64,000 nt of DNA from contig OX597814.1 of NCBI GenBank assembly GCA_951406725.2, forward strand, positions 191,146,001-191,210,000, read 5' to 3'. The notes beneath the pieces are model-generated. The model did no database searches and was not told the origin of the DNA. It worked only from the letters and a program-made list of their open reading frames with translations. The DNA comes from Octopus vulgaris (Eukaryota). Below, in pieces: positions 50,787-61,885 of the stretch (the stretch's first letter is position 1; each line of letters opens with the position of its first letter). The translations under genes were made by a program, and so were the position numbers.

Positions 50787-52137
50787 ATTCTTAAAGCATA
50801 CTGTATAACATGGACAAATTTTATTTAAAAATTAAAATGAAAGAATATGAATAGTAATAATAAATAATTCCTTTAAAAAATAATTTGAATTTTTTACTCT
50901 GCTTTAAAAATGTTACAAGGTTATATCTTTTTTTCTTCGAATGTAATAAGTGTGTCGCAGTGAAAGGTGTTTGACACAAAAACATTGTCGAAATTGGTTT
51001 ATTTTTCAACTTTTGCAGATCTTCTTCGATAATTTTTTTCTTATTTCCCCTTTTTCTTTTAATGGTTAAATGATATTTTAAGCTATATAAAATACTGGCC
51101 TGTTTTTTTAAAAGAATTTTATAGATATCTTGGTTTCCGTTTAGCATCTACGAATAAATAATTTCACTGCTTGCCGTCTGCTACTAAACAGGGTTGTGGA
51201 AATTAAGGGAGAAAGCATAACAAAATCCATCAAATTCATAAAAATATGATTTTAAAATTAAAATTTTGAGAAATGCAAAATGACTGATTTTATTTTTCTT
51301 AATCATTTTTCAATTATTCTTCTACGGAGTTTATATTTGGCTGAATTTATACCAACTCCTGTGATTACGCTAATAATGAATTTGCTGTTAGGTCTGGAGG
51401 AAAGAGCGATGCCAAAGTCTTTTAAAAGACCATATTCTTTCTCCGTCCTGGTACCAGTGAGACTGGTGTCATTCACGTTCTGCTTAAGCTGTAGTAAGTC
51501 GATGATCACGGAGAAAGAATTTTAGAGGGTTGATGTTTTCGGGAACAAAAGACTAGATGGGATTGATAGTGCAGGGTTTGAGTTGTACACAACATCATCA
51601 TCATCATCATCGTTAGGAGAAACGGGTGAGATAAGAGTGTCTGGGTAGAGGTAACAACGACCAGTCAGCACCGAGGAGCAGATGCCTTTCTAGAATTAGT
51701 AGAAAGTATAGAAAAAGAAGAGCGTAAATCTGGGGACTAGAGGTTGGAGCGTGTCCATGATAGACTTTATGCTGCTAGCTACATCCCAGATGTGAAAACT
51801 ACTCGATGGAGTACTGCTCTCACATTCGACTATTCATTTTTATAATTTGCATATGTAATATGCGTAATGTCACAAATTTAGATTTACCTGATTTTCTAAA
51901 TGACACACCTACTTATATTAGTCTACGAAGGCACATCCAAATGCCTATAAGATGAGGGTTGATGCTGTGTGCATCTGGGTTCACCAAAGTATGCATTTCA
52001 GTATGTGCAATATTATAAATGAGAGATGGCAAGGGGCGGTTCGCCTGAGGGCGACACTTTTGTACCAAGGACTACATTATTTCTTAAACTCATGAGCAGT
52101 CCCTGTTGGCACACGCTCTAGCTTACGCCTCTGGGTT

Positions 52138-52349
52138 TAGGACAGCTGCTAATCACATGTGTGATATCTTCCACTGAAACATGACATAGCCAACACATGC
52201 GGTTGCACCTTGGGATTACAAAAGTGTCACTGTCTTTCTTGTTCATCAGGTACTCAGTGGCAATCTCCTATTCCTGGGTTGCAAACGCATAGCTCTCAAA
52301 GCGCAATGTTATGTAGATGTCTGTGCTTCATGTCAATTCTACTGTCTTA
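52138..52349 (-). mobile_element. Inverted partial copy of the R4/Dong-type element
   Basis: Reverse complement of ~54203-54417 (zinc-knuckle region). Confidence 0.8.
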
Positions 52350-52408
52350 TTGGGAGGGAAGAGGGTTGTGTTTCTCAGGCATATATATATATATATATAT
52401 ATATAATA

Positions 52409-52792
52409 CTAGCAGTATCGCCCGGCGTTGCTCAGGTTTGTAAGGGAAATAACTATAAAGCATTTTTAGAGAGTTATAGCCAAAAAATAGCAAAAAAATG
52501 GAAAAAAATTATGGTAAATTCTTTTTTTTAGTTAAAAAAGGTGGAGTTGCGTCCCCTAGACAGTTTGCTGTTAGTGTTTCTGATTGTCGACCCCATGTCG
52601 AATTTATCGATTTTTTTCAGAAGTGGGGGAACTTTTCAAAATTGTCGCTGCGTTAGTTTTGAATTATGACATTGGGCTATGTGTGTGTCAAGTTTCATCA
52701 GAATCGGTTGAAAGCCGTGGTCAGGGTGAGGGTACAAGCAAACAGACACACAGAAACACGCACAGACAAACTGCCGTTTATATAGAGAGAGA
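52409..52792 (-). mobile_element. Non-autonomous Helitron with the shared 3' end but a different 5' part
   Basis: The 3' ~120 bp including hairpin and CTAG match the other two copies; it starts with TC at 52792. Confidence 0.8.
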
Positions 52793-53485
52793 TAATTCGA
52801 GACAAAACCACTATTTTAAAACCAAACAAGAAAAGACTTAATCAATACATAAAATTTAAATATAAATTAAATAAATAGTGGTTTTGTCTCGAATTATATT
52901 ATATAATATTTTACTATAAAATTGGATTTAACCCTAAATCTGATTTTTCCCTGTAATTTTGGATTCATTCCCTAATATTTATTATATATATATATATATA
53001 TGTAATACATCTATGAAATGAAGGCGGACTGTCACCACATCCACTTCCCTTTCGTTGGGGTGTTGACGGTCCAACTTGTCCACCAAAATGAATAGCGAAC
53101 AAAACTGCTGAACAAATCTTTTTAATCTGTTTGTCAGAATGAGCATGTATGTCTGTTCATTTTACGTCCATTTCCCCATTCTAGCATGGGTTGGTGGAAT
53201 ACTTGTCAAAGCTGAGTTTTACAGGTGGATGTCCTTCCTGTCATTGACAAAGAATTTTTTTTTTATATCACTTGTCTTTGAAAGCTCTGAGTTAAAGGAC
53301 AATTTGTTGCGAGACTGTTAACATAATGTCACCTTTTTTGCTCAAGCCTTTTGCTCACGCCTTTTACCCAGACACATGAAAAGTAAATATTCACACACAC
53401 AAACACCGACACGCATACATACACATGCATACATACATACATACATACACATACACACACACATACATACATACATACATACACA

Positions 53486-53516
<31 letters not shown>

Positions 53517-53559
53517 TTAGTTATAGAATGAGGAAAGTTAATACCCCAAACCCAAAACC

Positions 53560-55030
53560 TGTGCATCAACGGTCACTCTATTGCCCCCATTCTACACAAA
53601 GAATGTTACAAGTACCTGGGCATAGACGAAAACATATCATATGAAGGCACTGTGAATAAAGATAGAGTGACCTGAGAATATTACACCAGACTTAGGAAAA
53701 TGTGGCAGCCAGAACTCTCCTTTTACAACAAAACAATATCCCACAATGCATTTGCAGTACCAGTGCTGATCCTAACATTTAGGATACTTGATTGGTCTGT
53801 AGAGGAAATCCTCTCCATAGATATCAAAACCCACAAAATCCTGACAACTGGGAACTTCCACAGAAACAGTGATGTTGACAGGCTCTACTGAAGAAGAAAT
53901 GAAGGTGGTAGAGGCCTGAGATCAGTGCAGATGGCCTTCGAATGCCATATGGTATCACTTAGGCAGCACCTGCTAAACAATAGCAGCAAAAATAAATATA
54001 TTGATGCAGTGCTGAAAAGTGAAGTGAGCAATATTGTAAGAGTTGGTAGTGAGCTCCTCAAGAAGCATTCTCTTCCTAATGATCTTCTATACAGCCCCAA
54101 AACAGCTGGAGTCTCTTAGCTCAGAGACGACCTGGATGGAAAGCTCTCAACATACAAAAAAAAAAAAAGACTATACATAGGTATGTTGCCTGGAAGCTTG
54201 AAGAAGACAGTAGAATTGACATGAAGCACAGACCACTACATAACATTGCACTTTGAGGGCTATGTGTTTGCAATCCAGGAACAGGAGATTGCCAATAAAA
54301 GTACCTGATGAACAAGAGAGGCAGTGACACTCTTGTAATCCCAAGGTGCAACCACATGTGTTGGCTATGTCATGTTTCAATGGAAGATATCACACATATG
54401 ATTAGCAGCTGTCCTAAAATGTGGTCATGGTACTACCTCCCTGTGCGGCACAATGTTGCTCAGACAATTTACAATGCCATCTGCAAAAAGGACTGTCCTG
54501 AAATAAACTTGGAAAATCCCTCTCTTATGGAATACGTTCATAAACCCCAACTCAAGGAATACTGGTGGAATATTTCCATCAAAACTTCTGTCAAATGTAA
54601 ACATAACAGGCTGGATATTGTTGTTTGGGACAGAGGGGCAAAAGTACGTACCATATAGCGGTCAGCTGCCCCGTAGATATAATTATCTCTTTGAAAATCA
54701 AAGAAAAAGAGGATATCTATGGTCAACTGCTTCAAAACTCCAGCTTCTATATCCAGACTATGAATTCATGTTCATACTAATGATAATTGAAGCAATAGGT
54801 TTTATAAGGAAATGCTTAAAGGAGAATCTAGATAAACTGAGATTTTCAGAAAGAGAAATTGACCAGCTAATTTGTACATTACAAGTGCAATCTGTGAATG
54901 GAACAGTGAAAATATGCAAGATTTTTCCTAAGTTCCAAATGTGAATTTGTCTGTGTTAACAACATCTCAAAGATGGAGCCTTGTATCTTTGTTGGAAACC
55001 GGTTCCCTCCTCAATGGAAGATTTATAATA
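53560..55030 (+). mobile_element. 5'-truncated, decayed non-LTR retrotransposon with a restriction-like endonuclease (R4/Dong-like)
   Basis: YKYLGI; NAFAVPVL..TF..LDW; H..SDVDRLY*RRNEGGRGL; CCHC knuckle CWLC....EDITHMISSC; RHN; WWN; KHNRLDIVVWD. Stops and frameshifts present; flanked by (CATA)n. Confidence 0.8.
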
Positions 55031-55048
55031 ATTAAAAAATTGAAGATA

Positions 55049-55080
<32 letters not shown>

Positions 55081-55341
55081 ATATAAGCACATATGCTAGA
55101 GACTTCCACACAGTTTCCATTTATCAATTCTACACACCAAGTATTTGTTGGCCCAAGTTTACAGCAGAAGACACTCACAGAAGGTACTACATGGTGAAGT
55201 AGAACCACATGGTTACAAAGCAAATTCTATATCCACACAACCATACATACACCTATGAGTATGTGTGAGAATATTTTTGTTGACATACTTAGCTGTGTGT
55301 GTGTGTGTGTGCGTGTGTGTATGTGTGTGTGTGTGTGAGTG

Positions 55342-55373
<32 letters not shown>

Positions 55374-55374
55374 C

Positions 55375-55421
<47 letters not shown>

Positions 55422-58011
55422 AGTTGTGATAGCAGTTCTAGACAAGTGAAAATTCAGATGAAAATTTGAGAAGGTAACTGAAGACTGTTACTATTGGTGG
55501 GTTGTATTAACAGCAATGAAAATGGTTTTAAAATTTGGCACAAGGCTGGCAATTTTGAAGGGAGTGGGGTTAGTTGATTGCATCAGCCCCTGTACTTCCA
55601 TGATATTTCATTTTTGTCAATCCCAGACATACATGCACACAAATATATACATAGAGTGAGAGAATGAGAGAGAGGGAAAAAGAAAGGGTTTGAGAGAAAG
55701 AGGTAAAGAAGAAGAGATATATTAAAACGTCTGGTGTCAAAACGTTGGTGTTGAATCAGTGAACAAAAATACATGGTATTAAAGTGGCTGCTTGCCAAAA
55801 TGTCTCATAGAAACAATGGGACTAAGCACTCAGCAACACAAGAATGATAGTAGTTCTCACTGTCTAACTGCTGCTGTGAATGTCTATTCTCCTCCCCATG
55901 TGCCTGAGGCACAACTTGTGTTGTGTCTTCAGGCTCTTCAGTGAGTTCTAAATTTTCTGTCTCGATTTATTGTTATAATATTAATAATGAAATTATTGCA
56001 TACAGTGCTCAGGTGCACCACAACTTGTCAAAAGTGCGTATAAAGCATATGTAGTAATGTACAAATGTCTGGAAAGCGAACAGTGTATGAGTCAGATACA
56101 TGCTTGCGTGTGTATGGAGGGGATAAAATCAGGTGTAGTGTTGGCGAATCTCAGGAAGCATGGAAGTTTTGAAGGATGCAGTGCTCCGACAACTAACAAC
56201 TGATGCTGGCAGTTTGTTCCATGCTTCAGCAACTCTTAGCGTGAAAAAATGTTTCTGAAAGTCATGGGAGCTGTGCTGTTTTTCTGACTTTGTAAACATG
56301 TCCACAGGTGTTAGACAGATGGAGTTTGAACAGGTGCTCAGGGTTATTGTTAGTAAGATGGTTAATAATTTTATGGTTGATTCTGTTAGACTTCACTTCT
56401 TCACAGACACTCTCAGGCTGGATAGGTTTTTGCTCGGAGTTTCTGGCTCCTAGTATGCCAGACAGTATATCATAACCACTAATAGTCAATAGAATACCAC
56501 AACATTACCAGTTATTACCACACCACTATAATCTCCATCAGTCTGCTACAGTTACAACACTCCTATAAGTTGCTCTTGGGTAGAGATTGAAATGCATAGT
56601 CCTTGTATATTAGGAGGATGTTTTCAAGATCTTATAGTGTATGGAAGTCTTGTACATCTAATATTAGGTGTTGAGATTGTATGTGGATGGTACATGTGTA
56701 TGACTGGTTAGAAGTCAGTACTAGTTAGTATCAGCTTCAAATTATGGCACAAGGCCAGCAATCTTGGGGGATGGGGTAAATTGATTACATTAGCCCCAGC
56801 TTTCAACTGGTACTCATTTGATTAATCCTGAGAGGATGAAAGATAAAGTCAACCTTGATAGATTTTGAACTCAGAGCTTAAAGACAGACAAATGCTGCTA
56901 AGCAGTTTGCATGGCATGCTAATGGTTCTGCCAGTTTGTCACCTTAGTACTAGCTCATATCAAACACCAACCCATATCCAGGGACAGCTCAAGGTACTGG
57001 CAACTTGGGCAGTCACCCGGGATGCCATGTGCTTTTTAGCCTACATTTTCAGTTTTTCTCCTTATGAAAGTTTAAAAAAATTATATTTGTAAGGGCGCCA
57101 GGAACCCTAGGGTTGGCCCTGCCTATATCCCTGACAAACACTAACTCATGAAATATTCTAGATCTCTTCCTCACCTTTAGAACCATTCTTTACCCAGGTA
57201 TTACTATCTCTATTATCACTGGATCTTCTAACAACTATCTTGTCATGGTAATGCACCATACATCCACTTTATAGTCAGTACAAAAGGAACTACACAGTTT
57301 TATTCTGCCAGGTCTAATTGCAGTTAAATGGAACTTAAGAATAATCAACTCAGTAGTTTATAAACTGTGGTGTTTGTGGCGTTATGGGCTGTGATGAGCT
57401 ATGTGGCGATGGTGGAGAGGATTGCAAATGAGGTAAATGGAAGATCCACAGGAGCATGCGTGGGCAAAAAGCACATGTAGGAGTTCAGTGAGAGACAGCA
57501 GTGTGCAAGAACATGTTTTTTCTTGACAGTGATCGCTCATCCCTCCTAGGTCAACAGGTAAGGTCTCTGTATTTCTTTCTCCCTTTTGCTTCTTTTTCTG
57601 TTGTCTTTTTCACCCATCATACTACAAGCTATTTCAGCCCATAACATATAAACTGGAAAAAAAAAAAGAAATAAAAAAGCCCCACTACTCCTACAAAAAA
57701 TATCAGTGAAATGTTTTTGCTCTTCCCTACTTCTATAATTAGTGTGAGAACAAAATAGAGTGTTTAGTTCTTTATAATTCTTCTATCTTTGCCATGGTGT
57801 GGGATAAATTTAAAAACATTAACTCTAGCATTTAAATCAGCCAAATCTCAAATTTTCAACCTGTTTTATGTTTGAATCAACCAGACCTGGCCTCTCATGC
57901 CTGCTCTAAAATGTCATTTTAAAAATAATCATATCATTGAAATCTCAAAGCTACAAAATAATGCATGATTAATTCAAAACAATGTGAATAAATAAGTATT
58001 ACATTTGACAG

Positions 58012-58333
58012 GTGAAGGCACGTGGCTTAGTGGTTAGGGCATTCGGCTCACGATTGTAAGGTCGTGAGTTCAACTCCCGGCGATGCGCTGTGTCCTTGAG
58101 CAAGACACTTTATTTCACTTTGCTCCAGTCCACTCAGCTGGCAAAAATGAGTTGTACCTGTATTTCAAAGGGCCGGCCTTGTCACACTCTGTGTCACGCT
58201 GAATCTTCCTGAGAACTACATTAGGGGTGCACGAGTCTGTGGATTGCTCAGTCACTTCCACGTTAATTTCATGAGCAAGCTGTTCCATTGATCGTATCAG
58301 CTGGGACCCTTGTTGTCGTAACTGGCGGAGTTC
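58012..58333 (+). mobile_element. Full-length tRNA-derived SINE (fourth family) with a 13-bp TSD, nested in a TTAA MITE
   Basis: Head gtggcttagtggttagggc...gagttcaactccc; gtgtccttgagcaagacactt domain; TSD ttacatttgacag at 57999-58011 and 58334-58346. Decayed copies at ~15710-16245 (-, split), 22905-23040, 25490-25625 and 28270-28420. Confidence 0.85.
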
Positions 58334-58712
58334 TTACATTTGACAGAATAATCTGCATGCCAAAGGATTAAAATCAACATTCTGTATTATGACATGGCAA
58401 TTTGTTAACTCCTTTTTAATTCTCACTGAACCTCTTGTCCCTCACCCCATGAGGAATAGTGGGTTAACCAGCTTTATAGCCAGGAATGTAGCTTTTGTAA
58501 ATCCAAAAATTCAGTTGAATACTCTTCACTCTTTTACTTGTTTCAGTCATTTGAATGTGACCATGCTGGAGCACACCTTTAGTCGAACAAATTGACCCCA
58601 GGACTTATTCTTTGTAAGCCTAGTACTTATTCTATCGGTCTCTTTTGCCAAACCGCTAAGTTACAGGGACGTAAACATACCATCATCAGTTGTCAAGCGA
58701 TGTTGGGAGGAT

Positions 58713-58762
<50 letters not shown>

Positions 58763-59897
58763 TAGGTGACCAAGTCAGTAGCGGGGGTGGGTGTGCTGAA
58801 AGTGTAACTGCTAGAGTAAGAATAGCCTGGGCAAAGTTTAGAGAGCTCTTACCCCTGCTAGTGACAAAAGGCCTCTCGCTCAAAGTAAAAGGCAGACTGT
58901 ATGATGCATGTGTACGTATAACCATGCTACATGATAGTGAAACTTGGGCTGTAACTGCTGAGGATTTGCGTAAGCTCGCAAGAAATGAAGCTAGTATGCT
59001 CTGTTGGATGTGTAATGTCAGTGTTCATAGTCGACAGAGTGTAAGTACCTTGAGAGAAAAGTTGGACCTAAGAGGCATCAGATGTTGTGTGCAAGAGAGA
59101 TGATTGCGCTGGTATGGTCATGTGGCGAGAATGGATGAAGATAGGTGTGTGAAAAAGTGCCACACCCTGGCAGTTGAGGGGACCTGTGGAAGAGGTAGAC
59201 CCAGGAAAACCTGGGTCGAGGTGGTGAAGCACGACCTTCGAACTTTAGGTCTCCCCAAGGAAATGACCAGAGACCGAGACCTATGGAAGTATGCTGTGCG
59301 CGAGAAGACCCGGCAAGACCAGTGAGAACAATCAAAATCAAACCAAATCAAATCATGTATCAGAAAGCAGAACCAAAATTGAGGTCAATCAACATCATTG
59401 GGAATTGCAGCTGTGGTTAAGCGAACCATCCGTTCGTGTCCGCTGCCAGCCCCGCCTGGCCCCCGTGCCGGTGACACGTAAAAGCACCATCCGTTTGTGG
59501 CCGTTGCCAGCTCTGTCTGGCCCCCGTGTCGGTGGCACATAAAAGCACCATCCGTTCGTGTTCGTTTGCCAGCTCTGTCTGGCCCCGTGTCGGTGGCACG
59601 TAAAAGCACCATCCGTTCGTGTCCGTTGCCAGCATCGCCTGGCCCCGTGCCGGTGACACGTAAAAGCACCATCCGTTCGTGGCCGTTTGCCAGCTCTGTC
59701 TTGCACCTGTGCGGGTGGCACGTAAAAAGCACCCACTACACTCACGGAGTGGTTGGCATTAGGAAGGGCATCCAGCCGTAGAAACACTGCCAGATCTGAC
59801 TGGGCCTGACGAAGCCTTCCAGCTTCACAGACCCCAGTTGAACCGTCCAACCCATGCTAGCATGGAAAGCGGACGCTAAATGATGATGATGATGATG
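58763..59897 (+). mobile_element. 5'-truncated RTE LINE: RT C-terminus (58763-59325), 3' UTR with 5 tandem units, (GAT)n tail
   Basis: LGDQVSSGGGCAESVTARVRIAWAKFRELLPLL...SETWA...*LRWYGHVARM...GRGRPRKTW...AVREKTRQDQ*, with one internal stop at 59101-59103. It is inserted in the microsatellite of a family A SINE. Confidence 0.9.
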
Positions 59898-61854
59898 ATA
59901 CATATATACGACAGGCTTCTTTCAGTTTCCGTCTACCAAATCCACTCACAAGGCTTTGATTGGCCCGAGGCTATAGTAGGAGACACTTGCCCAAGATGCC
60001 ACTCAGTGGGACTGAACCCTGAACCATGTGGTTCGTAAGCAAGCTACTTACCACACAGCCACTCCTGCACCTATGTATGTGAAAAAATTATGTATTGTGT
60101 GATGGTCAAACACTGGTAAGAATGCCAGTCCAGATTCGACCAAATAGACTGAATTACTTGTTTTAAAAGACTAACAAAATCTTGACAGTTTGGATCATTC
60201 TATTCCATTGTTGACTACAGTGATGTTCTCATACAACAGTATGTAATGCATGGATAGGTATAAGACATTTTAGCATGGCTGATTTGACACTGACTCATTT
60301 GACTTTAGATGTTTTAATGTTTCTCTAGTTCCATCTCTCTCTGTCTCTCTGTGAGCATCTAGTTATGTTTGGATGTACAAAATCTGATAAAAAATATCAG
60401 AACTGTTGCTATGGTAACAGAGCTAAAGTACGCAGAGCGAAGCTGCTTGGCACAGGTTGACCTTGAACTCAGTTGTGCATACACACTAAGTCATAACGGC
60501 CTTGGTCACTTCCATCATATATAGTAGTGCTCAGAAGTAAAGTGTGTAGAGTGGTCATCTCATGACACCACATCACAGAGGCTGTCGATTAGAGTCCGAC
60601 GAGCTGACTATAAGGCTAAGCACTTTATGGATGAGAAACCATAGATCACTCTATGACCAGCCATTTAATTAACATCCTCTAAATACATTACTGCTCTAAT
60701 GCTTGCGTGCTTCTTTTTCAGATATATAATCTACTGACAATATATATATATACATATGGAAAAAAAGTCAAGATTAAAAATACTAAAATAAATTTATAAA
60801 AAACATTTCTGTACTGGTTTCAGTCATTGAGACTTTTTCATCTGTAAATATGGAAAACAATTAAATTTGGAAAAATTAAAAGAAAAGTTTTAAAAAAATT
60901 ATATTTGTATAGTGTTCAAATACAAGTGGCATTTTCCTTGTTTCTGTCTTTCTCTGTCTCTCTTGTTTACTCTTGTGGGTTCGCGGTCGTTGTGAATCCT
61001 TGGTAGGGGAGAAGAAGAAGAAGAAGAAGAAGAAGAAGAAGAAGAAGAAGAAGAATATATACGTAAATATGTCTGTGTGTGTGTACAAGAGGGTGCTGAA
61101 AAGTTCTTGGTTTTGAGGGTATTGTGAAAGGCCTAGTTGGAGGCCCAACCTTCCGGGTTCTTTTACAGGGCTTAGAAAAACTGAAGGACCACTGCGATAA
61201 GTGTATGGATCTGAGAGGGGAATATGCTCAATAAAATCATAATTAACTGACCCTCCTGTATTTTCTTCTGCCAAAAGCCAGGAACTTTTCAACACCTCCT
61301 TTTATATAATGACGCAAGACCCAGATCTCTGGAGATATGCTGTGACTGTGAAGAACCAACAAATAACGTGAGTTCACGGCTATTTCCTGCACCAGCTTCA
61401 CATAGCAGCCCCAGCCCATCCAAAGTAGCTTGGATCGCAGGACGGCCTGCTGTGCTTACCTTGGATCATAGGGTGACCTGCTGTGCTTGAGGAGACCTAT
61501 TGAGTCAAGTACATCAACATCAAAATAAAAATCAAATGGAAATTGTAGTTGTGATACCTGTGCCGGTGGCACATAAAAAGCACCATCCGAACATGGCCGA
61601 TGCCAGCGCCACCTTGACTGGCTTCCGTGCCGGTGGCACATAAAAAGCACCAACCGATCGTGGCCATTGCCAGCCTTCCCTGGCACCTGTGCTGGTGGCA
61701 CGTAAAACGCACCCACTACTCTCATTGGCATTAGGAAGGGCACCCAGCTGTAGAAAGACTGCCAGATCAGACTGGAGCCTGATGCAACCTCCTGGCTTCC
61801 CAGACCCTGGTCGAACCGTCCAACCCATACTAGCATGGAAACCGGATGTTAAGC

Positions 61855-61885
<31 letters not shown>

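Noticed and set aside
51280-51775. ORFs 51280-51525 (+) and 51303-51509 (-), plus similar coding-like sequence at 39740-40140
   Set aside because: They are interrupted by stops and have no splice sites; most likely old LINE remnants, but I cannot assign a family confidently.
58012-58085. tRNA-like sequences (also 42450-42524 and the family A/B heads)
   Set aside because: They have A/B boxes but no complete acceptor stem, continue into SINE bodies, and occur in many copies, some with TSDs.
60810-60845. Hammerhead-like CAGATGA…GAAACCAGTA on the minus strand
   Set aside because: The core (CAGA for CUGA) and stems are too degenerate to call a ribozyme; kept only as support for Penelope-like ancestry.
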